64,000 nucleotides of DNA. It comes from Deltaproteobacteria bacterium. GTDB taxonomy: Bacteria; Desulfobacterota; Desulfarculia; Adiutricales; JAFDHD01. Numbering within the stretch: the first letter of the stretch is position 1; the number at the start of each line of letters is the position of its first letter. Location: contig JAFDHD010000001.1 in assembly GCA_019308995.1 (NCBI GenBank), positions 64,241 to 128,240 of the forward strand, given 5' to 3'. The notes below the pieces were generated by a model that made no database searches, had not been told where the DNA came from, and saw only the letters and a list, made by a program, of their open reading frames with translations. Shown piece after piece: positions 19,923 through 30,699 of this stretch. The position numbers and the translations under genes are program-made.

Positions 19923-21182
19923 ATGACAACCAAAATGAATTTGGCTGAATTGAAAACCAAAAAGATATCTGAGCTGACCTCCATGGCCAAGGAACACAAC
20001 ATTGAAGGGGCGACCGGTCTCAGAAAGCAAGAATTGATCTTCACCATTCTCCAGGCAGAAACGGAAAAAAACGGTTTGATTTATGGAGGCGGCGTCCTGG
20101 AAACCCTGCCGGACGGGTTTGGGTTTCTTCGAGCCCCGGAGTCCAATTATCTTCCCGGCCCGGATGATATTTATATCTCTCCCAGTCAGATCAAGCGCTT
20201 CAATCTCCGTACCGGTGATACCGTGACCGGCCAGATAAGGCCCCCTAAGGAGAACGAGCGCTACTATGCCTTGCTGAAGGTGGATGGCGTTAATTACGAG
20301 GATCCGGAACTAGCCAGAGATAAAATCCTTTTTGACAACCTGACGCCTCTCTATCCTGATTTAAGAATCCATCTTGAAACAAAATCGGAAAATTACTGCA
20401 TGCGGATCATGGACATTTTAACGCCCGTTGGAATGGGTCAGCGCGGTTTGATCGTGGCCGCGCCCCGAACAGGCAAGACCATGCTTCTGAAGGACCTGGC
20501 CAACAGCGTCACGGCGAATCACAAAAATATGATCCTGATTGTGCTGCTTATTGACGAGCGACCTGAAGAGGTGACTGACATGCAGCGGTCTGTCCAAGGG
20601 GAGGTCATTAGCTCCACCTTTGATGAACCGGCACAGCGCCATGTCCAGGTCGCCGAAATGGTTCTGGAAAAGGCGAAGCGCCTGATCGAACACAAAAAGG
20701 ATGTTGTTATTCTCCTGGACAGCATCACCCGCCTGGCTCGGGCGTATAATGCCGTTGTCCCGCCTTCAGGGAAGATACTTTCCGGCGGTGTTGATTCCAA
20801 CGCCTTGCATCGGCCGAAGCGCTTTTTCGGTGCAGCGCGCAACATAGAGGAAGGCGGGTCCCTGACCATCGTCGCCACCGCCCTGGTCGAAACGGGCAGC
20901 CGCATGGATGAGGTCATTTTCGAGGAGTTTAAAGGCACAGGCAATATGGAACTGCACCTGGACCGCAAGCTTGCGGACCGGAGAATCTTTCCGGCCATTG
21001 ATATCAACCGCTCCGGAACGCGGAAAGAAGAACTCCTTCTTAATGAGGAGGAGCTTAATCGGGTCTGGATTCTGCGCAAGGTTCTCGCCCCGCTGACTCC
21101 CATAGACAGCATGGAATTTCTGCTGGATAAGATGCGTGGCACTAAGGATAATAAAGATTTTTTTAATTCCATGAACACCTAG
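19923..21182 (+). CDS. rho: Transcription termination factor Rho
   Basis: 419 aa with an N-terminal Rho RNA-binding region and the Walker A motif [15 protein letters not shown]. Confidence 0.95.
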   Translation: MTTKMNLAELKTKKISELTSMAKEHNIEGATGLRKQELIFTILQAETEKNGLIYGGGVLETLPDGFGFLRAPESNYLPGPDDIYISPSQIKRFNLRTGDTVTGQIRPPKENERYYALLKVDGVNYEDPELARDKILFDNLTPLYPDLRIHLETKSENYCMRIMDILTPVGMGQRGLIVAAPRTGKTMLLKDLANSVTANHKNMILIVLLIDERPEEVTDMQRSVQGEVISSTFDEPAQRHVQVAEMVLEKAKRLIEHKKDVVILLDSITRLARAYNAVVPPSGKILSGGVDSNALHRPKRFFGAARNIEEGGSLTIVATALVETGSRMDEVIFEEFKGTGNMELHLDRKLADRRIFPAIDINRSGTRKEELLLNEEELNRVWILRKVLAPLTPIDSMEFLLDKMRGTKDNKDFFNSMNT

Positions 21183-21362
21183 CCCCCTCGTATCCCCTAA
21201 AGCCTAAGCCAGCCTGTCTTACTTAAACACAGGCAGCTCCCTCTGTAAATCTTCAGGCAGGTGAACCGTTTCGGCTAGAAAAAGCCAGAACCTGGCCGGC
21301 CAGCCTCATTAGCCTTTACATGAAAAACCGCGGGTCTTCATCAGGGCTTTCAAGGAAAGGGA

Positions 21363-21390
21363 TTGAAACTACTTATGAAATATGTATAAT
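21363..21390 (+). promoter_or_regulatory. sigma70-like promoter for rpmE
   Basis: TTGAAA-N16-TATAAT lies 40 nt upstream of the rpmE start. Confidence 0.45.
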
Positions 21391-21429
21391 TAACTACTTA
21401 CTAATGATTATGGAGGATGAAAGATAAAC

Positions 21430-21699
21430 ATGAAAAAGGACATTCACCCGGAATTTAATATCATAAAAGCCAGTTGTGCATGTGGCAATGAATTCGAGAC
21501 CGGATCCACGGCCAAAAAGATTCGGGTCGAAATTTGCGCCGCCTGCCATCCCTTTTTTACGGGCAAGCAGAAACTGATAGATACTGCCGGACGGGTCGAG
21601 CGATTCCAGAGGAAATACGCCGGCCTGGCTGGCAAGTATGACACAGGTAAGAAAAAGACTGCTTCAGCGAAAGACTCCCAAACCTCAAACAGCACCTGA
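21430..21699 (+). CDS. rpmE: 50S ribosomal protein L31 (Zn-ribbon type)
   Basis: It starts MKKDIHPEF, has the cysteine pairs CACG and [10 protein letters not shown], and carries a Lys/Ser-rich C-terminal tail. Confidence 0.9.
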   Translation: MKKDIHPEFNIIKASCACGNEFETGSTAKKIRVEICAACHPFFTGKQKLIDTAGRVERFQRKYAGLAGKYDTGKKKTASAKDSQTSNST

Positions 21700-21714
21700 G
21701 CCTTTTTTTACCTC

Positions 21715-22674
21715 ATGATTTTACCCGGGATTTCCTTAATGAATGAGGGACTTAACGTCGGCGGACAGGCCGTTCTGGAAGGGGTGATGATGCGTTCCCC
21801 TTCAGCCTTGGCCGTGGCCGTGCGCAAGGCCAACGGGGAGGTGGCTATCAAGAAAAATCCATGGAGATCAATATCCACCAGATTTCCCTGGCTGTCTTTG
21901 CCATTTATCCGTGGGAGCGTCGTTCTTTTCGAGGCCCTGGTCAACGGGTTGGACGCCTTGACCTTTTCTGCGAACCAGGCGCTGGATGATGAGGATGAAG
22001 GTGAGATGAATCTTTGGGTCATGGGCCTGACCATTGCCGCCGCCATTGGTCTGGGCCTATTTTTATTCGTGGTCCTGCCTCACTACCTGAGTCTGCTGCT
22101 CGGCCGCGTCGGCCCGGTACGTTTTGGTGTCGCCTCAGCGGCCTTTCACACCCTAGACGGATTCTTTAAACTCGCCTTTTTCATCGGCTATATCTGGCTT
22201 ATCTCCAGAGTGAAGGAAATCGGCCGCCTTTTCGAGTATCATGGAGCGGAGCACAAGTCTATCTATGCTTATGAAGCGGGACAGGAACTGACGGTCGAAA
22301 ACGCCCGCAGGCACACGACCCTGCACCCGCGCTGCGGCACCGCCTTTATCCTGATTGTCCTGATAATCAGCATCCTGTTTTTTTCCGTCATCTTTCCCTT
22401 GATCAGCTCAACCGGCCGGGAAGGAGGCTGGGCCTTGAACCTGATCTACGTCGCCATCAAGATCGTTCTTATGCTGCCCATTGCGGGTATCGCTTACGAG
22501 ATAAATCGTTACGCCAGCAAGCACATGGATCAAATCCTTTTCAAGGCCGCCATTATGCCGGGTCTGTGGGTTCAGAAGTTAACGACCCGTGAACCATCCG
22601 ATGATCAGATTGAGATTGCCCTTATCGCCCTCAAAACAACGCTTTCCCTTGAGGCCGCCCAGAGCGCCTCGTGA
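21715..22674 (+). CDS. DUF1385-like membrane protein (commonly found next to prfA/prmC)
   Basis: It has GGQAVLEGVMMR near the N-terminus, an EYHGAEHK motif and several TM helices. The position between rpmE and prfA is typical for this family. Confidence 0.7.
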   Translation: MILPGISLMNEGLNVGGQAVLEGVMMRSPSALAVAVRKANGEVAIKKNPWRSISTRFPWLSLPFIRGSVVLFEALVNGLDALTFSANQALDDEDEGEMNLWVMGLTIAAAIGLGLFLFVVLPHYLSLLLGRVGPVRFGVASAAFHTLDGFFKLAFFIGYIWLISRVKEIGRLFEYHGAEHKSIYAYEAGQELTVENARRHTTLHPRCGTAFILIVLIISILFFSVIFPLISSTGREGGWALNLIYVAIKIVLMLPIAGIAYEINRYASKHMDQILFKAAIMPGLWVQKLTTREPSDDQIEIALIALKTTLSLEAAQSAS

Positions 22675-22680
22675 GCCAGC

Positions 22681-23742
22681 ATGCTTGAAGATTTGACCAA
22701 AGTGGAGCAGAGGTTTAACCGGCTCGAAAATGAGCTGTCGCAGCCCGAGATTCTCAAAGACAGGGACCTCTATCAGAAAACCCTGCGCCAGCATGCCGAG
22801 CTTTCCAAGGTTGTGAACGCTTACCGCCGCCTTAAGAAATTACGAACTGAAAAGGAGGAGACCCAGGAACTCCTGCAGGACCCGGATGAGGAAATGCGGC
22901 AGATGGCTGAAACCGAGCTTGCCCGGTACCAGGACCTCATTAAGGCCGCGGAGAAAAATCTTGAGCTGCTTCTGCAACCTAAAGATCCCAATGACAGCAA
23001 GAATGCCCTCCTCGAGATTCGGGCCGGGACCGGAGGCGAGGAGGCAGCCCTTTTTACGGCTGACCTCTTTCGGATGTACAGCCGGTATGCTGAAAAATTG
23101 AAGTGGCGCATCGAAGTCCTGAGCAGCCATCCGACTGGCACGGGCGGGTTTAAGGAGATTATCGCCCTGATTGAGGGAGACCGGGTATACGGCCAGCTCA
23201 AATATGAGAGCGGGGTTCATCGGGTCCAGCGTGTTCCCACGACCGAGTCTCAGGGCCGCATTCATACCTCAGCCGTAACCGTAGCCGTCCTGCCCGAAGC
23301 TGAAGATGTGGATGTGGATATTAAGCCCGAGGACCTGAAGGTTGATGTCTATCGCTCATCAGGTCCGGGCGGTCAGAGCGTCAATACCACAGACTCAGCG
23401 GTCCGGATCACTTACCTGCCCAGCGGTCTAGTGGTAACCTGCCAGGACGAAAAGTCTCAACACAAGAATAAGGCCAAGGCCCTTAAAGTGCTTAAGGCTC
23501 GCCTTCTTGATATAAAGGTTCAGGAACAGCAGGATAAAATCTCTGAGGATCGGCGCGGCCAAGTGGGCTCCGGCGACCGCAGCGAACGCATTCGAACTTA
23601 TAATTTTCCGCAGGGCCGCATGACCGATCACCGGATTAACCTGACCATTTACCGCCTTGATTCGATTCTTGAGGGGGACATCCAGGAGATTATTGACACC
23701 CTGGCGACCCACTTTCAAGCCCGGACTTTAAAGACGTTTTGA
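22681..23742 (+). CDS. prfA: Peptide chain release factor 1
   Basis: 353 aa with the GGQ motif ([20 protein letters not shown]) and the PxT region ([12 protein letters not shown]). Confidence 0.95.
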   Translation: MLEDLTKVEQRFNRLENELSQPEILKDRDLYQKTLRQHAELSKVVNAYRRLKKLRTEKEETQELLQDPDEEMRQMAETELARYQDLIKAAEKNLELLLQPKDPNDSKNALLEIRAGTGGEEAALFTADLFRMYSRYAEKLKWRIEVLSSHPTGTGGFKEIIALIEGDRVYGQLKYESGVHRVQRVPTTESQGRIHTSAVTVAVLPEAEDVDVDIKPEDLKVDVYRSSGPGGQSVNTTDSAVRITYLPSGLVVTCQDEKSQHKNKAKALKVLKARLLDIKVQEQQDKISEDRRGQVGSGDRSERIRTYNFPQGRMTDHRINLTIYRLDSILEGDIQEIIDTLATHFQARTLKTF

Positions 23743-24680
23743 GCAAGCAAGTCCCATCCGGCGGTCATTCAGAACCCTGGACCGTCCTGCGCCTCATCCA
23801 GTGGACAACGAGTTACCTGACTGGCAAGGGTGTGAAGAGAGCCCGGTTTGATGCTGAGGTCCTGTTGGCTGATTTACTGGAATTGAGTCGGGTTAAACTG
23901 TACCTCAACTATGATCGCCCTTTAAACCAGCCGGAGCTGAAGGCCTTTCGGGAACGAGTGCGGCGCCGGGCTGATTTTGAGCCTGTGGCTTATATCACCG
24001 GTCATAAGGAATTCTATTCACTCGAACTTAAGGTTGACCGCGGAGTGCTCATACCCAGGCCCGAGACTGAACTTCTGGTTGACGAGACTCTCAAAGCGGC
24101 TCAAAACCAGCTTTCAGATCATGAAGCAGAAATCGGGTCCCTTCATATCGTTGACCTTGGGACAGGCTGCGGCGCGATTGCCTTGGCTCTTGCCAGCAGG
24201 TTGTCACAGGCCAGGATCTGGGCAATAGATCTCTCGGAAAAGGCCGTAGAGATCGCCAGGGCCAACGCTAAGCGGCATGGACTGGAATCACGAATCACCT
24301 TCCTGCAGGGTGACCTGCTTGAACCGCTGAGAGATCGAACCGATTACTTCCACCTCATCGCCGCCAACCTGCCTTACGTTCCCCGGATCGCCTTTGACGA
24401 CATGGCTCCGGATGTCAAGGACTTTGAGCCCAGGCTGGCGCTGAATGGCGGGGAAGACGGATTGGACCTGATCACGAAGGCTGTCGCCCAGGCCAGAGCG
24501 CTTCTGCGGCTTCAAGGCGCGCTGCTCTTAGAGATCTGGCATACCCACGCCCCGGCGGTCAGAGAGATGGGAAGGACGTGCGGCTACAATCAGGTCAGGA
24601 TATGCAAGGACCTGGCCGGGCGTGACCGTGTGGCAGTGCTGATAAAGAACAATCCCGGAGGTTCAGTCAGTCATGGATAA
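23739..24680 (+). CDS. prmC: Release-factor glutamine N5-methyltransferase
   Basis: SAM-binding motif [10 protein letters not shown] and a catalytic NLPY (variant of NPPY). The TTG start overlaps the prfA stop. Confidence 0.85.
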   Translation: MSKQVPSGGHSEPWTVLRLIQWTTSYLTGKGVKRARFDAEVLLADLLELSRVKLYLNYDRPLNQPELKAFRERVRRRADFEPVAYITGHKEFYSLELKVDRGVLIPRPETELLVDETLKAAQNQLSDHEAEIGSLHIVDLGTGCGAIALALASRLSQARIWAIDLSEKAVEIARANAKRHGLESRITFLQGDLLEPLRDRTDYFHLIAANLPYVPRIAFDDMAPDVKDFEPRLALNGGEDGLDLITKAVAQARALLRLQGALLLEIWHTHAPAVREMGRTCGYNQVRICKDLAGRDRVAVLIKNNPGGSVSHG

Positions 24681-25935
24681 GATGATCATTGACGGTGGCG
24701 AGAGGCTCGAGGGCGAGGTGACCATTAGCGGGGCGAAGAATGCGGCCCTGCCCATCATGGCCGCAACCCTGCTGGCCGATGGAACCTCGGTCCTGGAAAA
24801 TATCCCGGATTTACGAGACATCAGGACCATAGCCGAATTACTGCGCCGGTTGGGCGCTCAGGTTGATCTCGACTCGGGTCGGGCTGAAATCAATACCAGC
24901 CCAGTCAATAACCTGATCGCTCCTTATGATCTGGTCAGAACCATGCGGGCCTCAGTCCTGGTGCTGGGGCCGTTGCTGGCCCGTCATGGCAGAGCCCAGG
25001 TCTCATTGCCCGGCGGCTGTGCCATTGGCACCCGACCGATCAACCTGCACCTCAAGGGCCTGGCAGCCATGGGGGCCGAGATCACGCTGGAACATGGCTA
25101 CGTCAAAGCAAAGGCCCCTTCCCAGGGACTACAGGGGGCGGAGATCTTCCTCGATCTGCCCACAGTGACCGGTACTGAGAATCTCCTTATGGCCGCCGTC
25201 CTGGCTGAGGGTACGACGGTCCTTAGAAATGCAGCCCGGGAACCGGAGATTTCCGACCTGGCAGGCGCCTTGTCCGCCATGGGGGCTCAAATCGAGGGAA
25301 GTGGCACAGATGTCATCACTGTTCAAGGAGTCAAATCCCTGGAGGCGATGTCTTACAATGTCATGCCTGACAGGATTGAAGCCGGGACGTTCATGGTTGC
25401 CGCCGGAGTAACCCACGGCCGGATCACCATGAGGCAGGTCCCCCTGGCCACTCTGACAACCGTGGAAAACAGGCTCAGACAGGCCGGCCTGACATTCGAC
25501 CGTCAAGGCGAGGATGCGGTCGTGGTAACCGGCCCTGCGGTAATCAATTCCGTTGACGTCAAGACCGAACCCTACCCCGGTTTCCCCACAGATATGCAGG
25601 CCCAGTTTATGGCCCTGATGTGCCTGGCCAGCGGCCTCTCGGTAATAACGGAAACTGTCTTTGACAACCGGTTCATCCATGTGGATGAGCTCAAGCGCAT
25701 GGGCGCTGACATCAGGTTGAGCGGGAATACAGCCATTGTCGAGGGGCTTCCCTCTCTATTGGGCGCGCCGGTCATGGCCACCGATCTTCGCGCCAGCGCC
25801 TCCCTCGTTCTGGCCGGCCTGGCTGCCAAAGGGCAGACCGAACTTTCGCGGGTTTATCACCTTGATCGAGGCTACGAACGGATTGAAGAAAAGCTTTCTG
25901 CTCTCGGCGCCCGCATCCGCCGGATTAAGGCCTAG
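24673..25935 (+). CDS. murA: UDP-N-acetylglucosamine 1-carboxyvinyltransferase
   Basis: 420 aa with SGAKNAALP near the N-terminus and the active-site loop [15 protein letters not shown]. Confidence 0.95.
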   Translation: MDKMIIDGGERLEGEVTISGAKNAALPIMAATLLADGTSVLENIPDLRDIRTIAELLRRLGAQVDLDSGRAEINTSPVNNLIAPYDLVRTMRASVLVLGPLLARHGRAQVSLPGGCAIGTRPINLHLKGLAAMGAEITLEHGYVKAKAPSQGLQGAEIFLDLPTVTGTENLLMAAVLAEGTTVLRNAAREPEISDLAGALSAMGAQIEGSGTDVITVQGVKSLEAMSYNVMPDRIEAGTFMVAAGVTHGRITMRQVPLATLTTVENRLRQAGLTFDRQGEDAVVVTGPAVINSVDVKTEPYPGFPTDMQAQFMALMCLASGLSVITETVFDNRFIHVDELKRMGADIRLSGNTAIVEGLPSLLGAPVMATDLRASASLVLAGLAAKGQTELSRVYHLDRGYERIEEKLSALGARIRRIKA

Positions 25936-26059
25936 GTGTGGAATAAGGCATTAGTTAAAAGAAATAGACAAGCTCAAGTGAAAACTATTGCGATTGGCAC
26001 AAGGACTTTTAGAAGAAATTAAAGGAGAGATTACTTCGCGGCGCTCTCAATTATATGCC

Positions 26060-26089
26060 ATTGATATTATTATAAAATGTCATTGCGAG
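26060..26089 (+). repeat. 30-nt exact repeat ending in GTCATTGCGAG
   Basis: attgatattattataaaatgtcattgcgag is identical to the reverse complement of 19656-19685. Confidence 0.8.
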
Positions 26090-26147
26090 CCCCCGGCCCT
26101 TCGGCAGAAGCCATAGGGTTATTTGACAAAGAAATTGTTTTCAAGTT

Positions 26148-26480
26148 TTGGAGGGCGGGGATAAACCCCGCCTCTACTCAAAAATTTGCTTCGTCTAGAA
26201 AATCTGTGGGTGAACGATTAAGCCCATTTGAGATAACAAATTGTTTTTTCATAAAAATTTATACGTCAGGAGCAAATATTTTTCAGTCTCAGATGGCAAA
26301 CGTTGGCCGGTTCGACGGTGCGATGAGAATGGGCCTCTAAAAAGCTCGTCGGAATTGCGCCGCCGCAAACCGGCCGGCGCTCCGGAGATAAAAATATGGT
26401 TTGACAACCCACAGATTTTTTCAAAGAACCTAAAATTTTAAATCGGTATTGTAGGGGCGGGGTTTATCCCCGCCCGTATT
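26148..26480. repeat. ~330-bp element bounded by inverted repeats (MITE/REPIN-like or a structured RNA)
   Basis: A 20-nt exact inverted repeat joins gggcggggataaaccccgcc (26153-26172) with 26456-26475, and each copy is itself a hairpin. A second exact inverted pair is aaaatctgtgggt (26199-26211) with 26407-26419. The centre adds further pairing: 26305-26312 with 26368-26375, and 26313-26317 with 26347-26351. Confidence 0.6.
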
Positions 26481-26703
26481 TTTCTGGTCTTTCATATGTC
26501 ACTAAAGGCCAAGACTAGTATAAACAACGGGTCATATATAATATAAAAAAACGTGCAAATTCAATGGGTTTCATACTATTAAATCCTGAAACAGGAAAAA
26601 ATAGTTTCTTAGAAGAAACGAAGTGGCGAAGCTCAAACCTTTTCAATCGGAACGTATTTTTAGAATTCTCTTTAAAAGAATCGGAACTGGTGCTTCTTAA
26701 TCT

Positions 26704-28386
26704 CTATTTAATCCCGGCTACGGCTTCGGCGATATTGAAGCAGTAATCACCGATCTTTTCTAAATTATTCACCATATCCGTGAAAATCATGCCCGGATCA
26801 ATGGTGCAGACTCCAGTCCGGAGGCGGGCGAGGTGTTTGTGCCTCAATGTTTCCTGCAAGAGATCAATTTCACTCTCCATGGCTCGAGCCTTATCCATCA
26901 CGGTGTCCTTGCTGCGGTGTTCCAGGCTCTCCAGGATAAAATGATAAAAATCCACAACCTTTGTGGTCATCTCATCGAAATCCTCCAGGCTTTCATCCGA
27001 GAAATACACATTATTTTCAATCATTTCTTCAATCAGTTCGGCAATGTTCTCCACTGAGTCCCCGATTCGTTCAATATTGTTGGTCATCCTCATCAAGGAA
27101 GAGATTTGCCTGGATTCGTCAAGCGTGCAGTCACGCTGTGAAATTCGGACCAGGTAATCGGTGACCTCACGCTGGAGAATATCCAGGGCGTCTTCCCGCT
27201 GCCGCCAACTACTGAGCTCCTTTAATTTTCTTTCGGGTAAAGACTTTATGACCGTTGCCATCATCATGTCTGCAATACTTCCCATGCGTCTGACTTCTTG
27301 CCGGGCCTGTTCGAGGCCCACTGTAGGCAGCTCGATGAAGCTCGAATCCAGGTATTGGGGTTTATACAGGTCCAGTTCCTCTTCTATTTCGTGGGCAGGG
27401 GTCAGCCATTTGGCGGCCCTGATGAGCAAACTAAAAAAGATTAAAAAGAAAATGCCATTGACCACGTTAAACATGGTGTGAGCGCAGGCGATGTAGCGTG
27501 CGACATTAGGCAGTTCGCCGCCGACGATCATTTCCGCCGGGCCCAGATACAGCACGTGAGAGGTTACCCAGCGGACTATGGTCAGGAAAAAGGGAAAGAG
27601 GATAACTATGTAACTTACACCAATGACGTTGAACAGGGTGTGCGCCCGCGCCGTCCAGTGAGCGGCGCCGCTGGAGCCAATGCTGGCCAGTTCAGCTGTA
27701 ATGGTTGTACCGATGTTTTCACCCAGGATCAGGGCCACCGCCCCAGGGAAACCTATCAACCCTTCGGCGGCCAGGGTCATGGTGAGACCAACCGTGGCGC
27801 TTGAACTCTGGAGGGCCATGGTTATAATGGCGCCGACCAGGACACACAAAAGGATGCCTCCAATATTGTCAGCCTGGAACCTGGTAAAAAAATCAATAAA
27901 TGCAGGGGACTCCCTTAAAGGAATCACCCCCATCTTCATGGTTGCCATGCCGAAAAAAACCAGGCCAAACCCCAAGATAACTCCGCCAATTTCCGCGTAG
28001 TGCCGTTGTCTGGCAAAGATTTTAATGGCAACGCCAATAGCAATGGCTGGCAAGGCATACTCGGTTATCCTGAAGGCGATAAGCTGAGCCGTGACAGTGG
28101 TCCCGATATTGGCCCCCAGTATTACCCCCACGGCCTGGGAAACATTCAAAAGCCTGGCATTGACAAAACCGACCAGCATGACCACGGTGGCACTTGAGCT
28201 TTGAATAGCCCCGGTGACTAAGGCCCCGGTCAGACAGGCTATAACCCGGTTGGCTGAAACAGCAGCCAGTATATTGCGCAGTCTGGGTCCGGCCACGTGC
28301 TGAAGACTTTCAGACATGGTCTTCATGCCGAAAAGGAAGAGACCTAACCCGCCAATGGTAGTGAACAGAATTCCGGTATAACTCAT
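26704..28386 (-). CDS. Na+/phosphate cotransporter family protein with C-terminal PhoU-like repeats
   Basis: 560 aa with the duplicated QSSSATV motif (GAIQSSSATVVM and ALQSSSATVGL) in the membrane half, and a helical PhoU-like cytoplasmic half. Confidence 0.8.
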   Translation of the reverse strand: MSYTGILFTTIGGLGLFLFGMKTMSESLQHVAGPRLRNILAAVSANRVIACLTGALVTGAIQSSSATVVMLVGFVNARLLNVSQAVGVILGANIGTTVTAQLIAFRITEYALPAIAIGVAIKIFARQRHYAEIGGVILGFGLVFFGMATMKMGVIPLRESPAFIDFFTRFQADNIGGILLCVLVGAIITMALQSSSATVGLTMTLAAEGLIGFPGAVALILGENIGTTITAELASIGSSGAAHWTARAHTLFNVIGVSYIVILFPFFLTIVRWVTSHVLYLGPAEMIVGGELPNVARYIACAHTMFNVVNGIFFLIFFSLLIRAAKWLTPAHEIEEELDLYKPQYLDSSFIELPTVGLEQARQEVRRMGSIADMMMATVIKSLPERKLKELSSWRQREDALDILQREVTDYLVRISQRDCTLDESRQISSLMRMTNNIERIGDSVENIAELIEEMIENNVYFSDESLEDFDEMTTKVVDFYHFILESLEHRSKDTVMDKARAMESEIDLLQETLRHKHLARLRTGVCTIDPGMIFTDMVNNLEKIGDYCFNIAEAVAGIK

Positions 28387-28727
28387 GAGCGCCTCTGCTC
28401 AGCAATCGCTTCCCGGTTGTCTCCAAAGGCAAAGAGGCCGGGTTCGGTCAAGAATTTGAAGGTGTAATTTTGCAAATCAGGCACGGTTTCTACTGTTCCT
28501 TTCTGTCCCAACAAGCCGATCAAACAGCTGCCTCTGGTAAAAGGCACAACACCAGGCTAGATGGTCTGACAAGGTAAAAATGACTGCTTTTTTCATATAT
28601 GATTCAAAGACAGTGGGAGCCTGGGATCTTGTTTTTTTAGCAATAGATGTTTTAAAAGGACTTCATTTCGAGCAGTTACCCTGGACAGGCTGAGGCAGGT
28701 CTAAAATGAATGAACTGCTTCGCTTCA

Positions 28728-28738
28728 CTCGCAATGAC
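28728..28738 (-). repeat. Another copy of the GTCATTGCGAG core
   Basis: ctcgcaatgac is preceded by gcttcgcttca. The reverse complement reads gtcattgcgagtgaagcgaagc. Confidence 0.4.
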
Positions 28739-28920
28739 AGCCCATGACTTGATCATATTTTCATTACGATTTATTATACATCTAAGAGGGACCTTTGCGT
28801 CAATTTTTTTCTAATGTAGATTTATTTTTGTCTTTGATCAAGCCTTGAATTTTTTCAGGTCCAAAATTGACAGGCCAGGACGCAAAAAGCAACTTAATTT
28901 AGGATTCGTGGAGGGGAGAA

Positions 28921-29952
28921 ATGAGCCAGGACAACCGCCGGTATCAGAAACAGGAACTTTTCAGGGGGTTGGGCCCTGAAGGACAGGCCAGGTTGAGAGA
29001 GGCCGGTGTTCTGGTTGCCGGTTGTGGTGCCCTCGGCGGGACTATCGCCACGCTGCTTGTGCGGGCGGGAATCGGTCGGCTGCGGGTCGTGGACAGGGAT
29101 TTCCTGGAATTGAGCAACCTGGGCCGGCAATTGCTTTATGACGAGGCCGACCTGAATTCCGGATTGCCCAAGGCTATCTTGGCTGCGCGAAAGTTAAAGC
29201 AAATGAATAGTCAGGTCGAGGTCCAAGGGGTGGTGGCCGACCTGAACCCGGATAATGTCTGCGAGTTGATATCCGGGGTGGATCTGATCCTGGATGGCCT
29301 GGACAATCAGGAGACCCGCTACCTGATCAACGATGCTGCGGTCAGCCTCGATCTTCCATGGATTTACGCCGGTGTGATCGGCGCTACAGGCAACGTCATG
29401 GTTATCATTCCAGAGAAGACTCCCTGCCTGCGGTGTTTGTTTCCGGATCCGGCCCCGCCGGGCGTCCTTCCCACTTGTGACACAGCCGGGATAATTGGCT
29501 CGACACCGAATCTGGCTGCCTCAATCGCTGTGACTGAGGCTATTAAGCTTCTCTCCGGTGCTCAGGAGTATTTGAGTCCGGGTCTTTTTACTTTTGATCT
29601 CTGGAACAATTCTTATCAATTAATACCATTTGAAACAGGCCCGCGTCAGACCTGCCCCTGCTGCCAAGAAAAACAGTTCGAGTTCCTAAGGGGCCGGGGC
29701 CGGTCCACCACTGAAACCATGTGCGGTATTGACGCCGTTCAGATCAATCCCCCCCAAGAGTTTTCTTTTAACCTGGATCAGTTGGTTCAACACCTGGAAC
29801 CCGAGGATATCATTTCCTCCAATAAATACCTGGTCCGCTTTGAGGCCGAAGGGTTCCAATTCTCAGTCTTCCCTGACGGCCGGGTCATTATCCATGGCAC
29901 CAGTGACCATGGCCAGGCCAGGGCTCTTTATGACCGATACATAGGCTTCTGA
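28921..29952 (+). CDS. ThiF/MoeB-family (E1-like) adenylyltransferase, long form
   Basis: Nucleotide loop VAGCGALGG and two Zn-type CxxC pairs (CLRC, CPCC), with a C-terminal extension of about 90 aa. No ThiS/MoaD-like gene is adjacent. Confidence 0.75.
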   Translation: MSQDNRRYQKQELFRGLGPEGQARLREAGVLVAGCGALGGTIATLLVRAGIGRLRVVDRDFLELSNLGRQLLYDEADLNSGLPKAILAARKLKQMNSQVEVQGVVADLNPDNVCELISGVDLILDGLDNQETRYLINDAAVSLDLPWIYAGVIGATGNVMVIIPEKTPCLRCLFPDPAPPGVLPTCDTAGIIGSTPNLAASIAVTEAIKLLSGAQEYLSPGLFTFDLWNNSYQLIPFETGPRQTCPCCQEKQFEFLRGRGRSTTETMCGIDAVQINPPQEFSFNLDQLVQHLEPEDIISSNKYLVRFEAEGFQFSVFPDGRVIIHGTSDHGQARALYDRYIGF

Positions 29953-29973
29953 TTCGACGAATTTTTAATTCAA

Positions 29974-30699
29974 TCAGTGATATGTCTGAGATCTGGAGGC
30001 CAGGGACCGCAGGTGGTAATCCCACCAAAGACGGAAGATGTTATAGAACCGATAGAGGGCTTCATTTAACAAATTAAATTTGCTGGCACGAAAGTCCTCA
30101 CAGAACACCGGGATCTCTATGGCCCGCCCCCCGTCGGACAAGGCATGGTAGATGATATCCAGGACATAGGAGGTCCCATGGTTGATGCGGTCGAGATACT
30201 TGACGATTATCTCCCGGCGGTAGGCCTTGGCCGCGATGGAGTAATCTTCAAACGGGAGGCCGACCAGGGCGCGGACGGTAAGAATAAAGGCCGTGCTTCC
30301 GGCTTTACGCCACAGGGCGCGCCTTTGGGTGCCCATTTTCTTGGAGCCGATCACGATATGATAGTCCTGCATGAGATCCAGCGCCTGGCTGATGAAACTC
30401 AGATCAACGGAGAGATCCATGTCCACCGAGATGATCTGGTCATAGCGCGCTTGATTTACTCCCAAAGAAAAAGCGCGCCCGACCCCCTTTTCAGGAATTT
30501 CGAGGAAGTGAACCTGATTATGCGCCTGGGCCAGGTTCCGGCCAAGCCGAGTGGTCTGATCGGTCGAGCCGTTACTGACGAGGATAATCTCAAAGGGCCG
30601 CTCTAAATCTTCACAGAAGCCCAGGAGACGACCTGTATTGGCCTCAATAATATCTCCCTCATTTAAGACCGGGATCAGCACTGTCAGGCCGGACTTCAC
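29974..30699 (-). CDS. Family-2 glycosyltransferase (polyprenyl-phosphate sugar synthase-like)
   Basis: 241 aa starting LTVLIPVLNEG, with an acidic VDMD motif. The short soluble form resembles Dpm1/GtrB/ArnC-type enzymes. Its start overlaps the upstream gene's stop by 4 nt. Confidence 0.75.
   Translation of the reverse strand: MKSGLTVLIPVLNEGDIIEANTGRLLGFCEDLERPFEIILVSNGSTDQTTRLGRNLAQAHNQVHFLEIPEKGVGRAFSLGVNQARYDQIISVDMDLSVDLSFISQALDLMQDYHIVIGSKKMGTQRRALWRKAGSTAFILTVRALVGLPFEDYSIAAKAYRREIIVKYLDRINHGTSYVLDIIYHALSDGGRAIEIPVFCEDFRASKFNLLNEALYRFYNIFRLWWDYHLRSLASRSQTYH

Noticed and set aside
20519-21178. 219-aa minus-strand ORF antisense to rho (similar cases at 7383-8042, 16738-17349, 3703-4326 and 49651-50262)
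   Set aside because: All of these overlap strongly supported conserved genes on the other strand. They show Arg/Ser/Pro-rich shadow-frame composition and no motifs.
26077-26441. ORFs of 87 and 66 aa inside the murA-downstream intergenic region
   Set aside because: They read straight through the inverted repeats and hairpins, lack Shine-Dalgarno sequences, and have low-complexity products. The region is better explained as a repeat or RNA element.
28566-28586. Pho-box-like GTCA repeats upstream of the Na/Pi-PhoU transporter gene
   Set aside because: The half-sites are spaced 14 nt apart where a Pho box needs an 11-nt period, and they match the consensus poorly.
19640-28740. Recurring short repeats considered as a possible CRISPR array
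   Set aside because: The copies are kilobases apart, lie in mixed orientation, lack regular spacing, and have no cas genes nearby. They are dispersed repeats and do not form an array.
28921-29952. ThiF/MoeB-like E1 considered as part of a ubiquitin-like conjugation or defence system
   Set aside because: No beta-grasp carrier, JAB/E2-like gene or other partner is adjacent. It is transcribed convergently with the neighbouring minus-strand operon (their 3' ends face each other). Long-form ThiF/MoeB proteins of about 340 aa are ordinary cofactor-biosynthesis enzymes.
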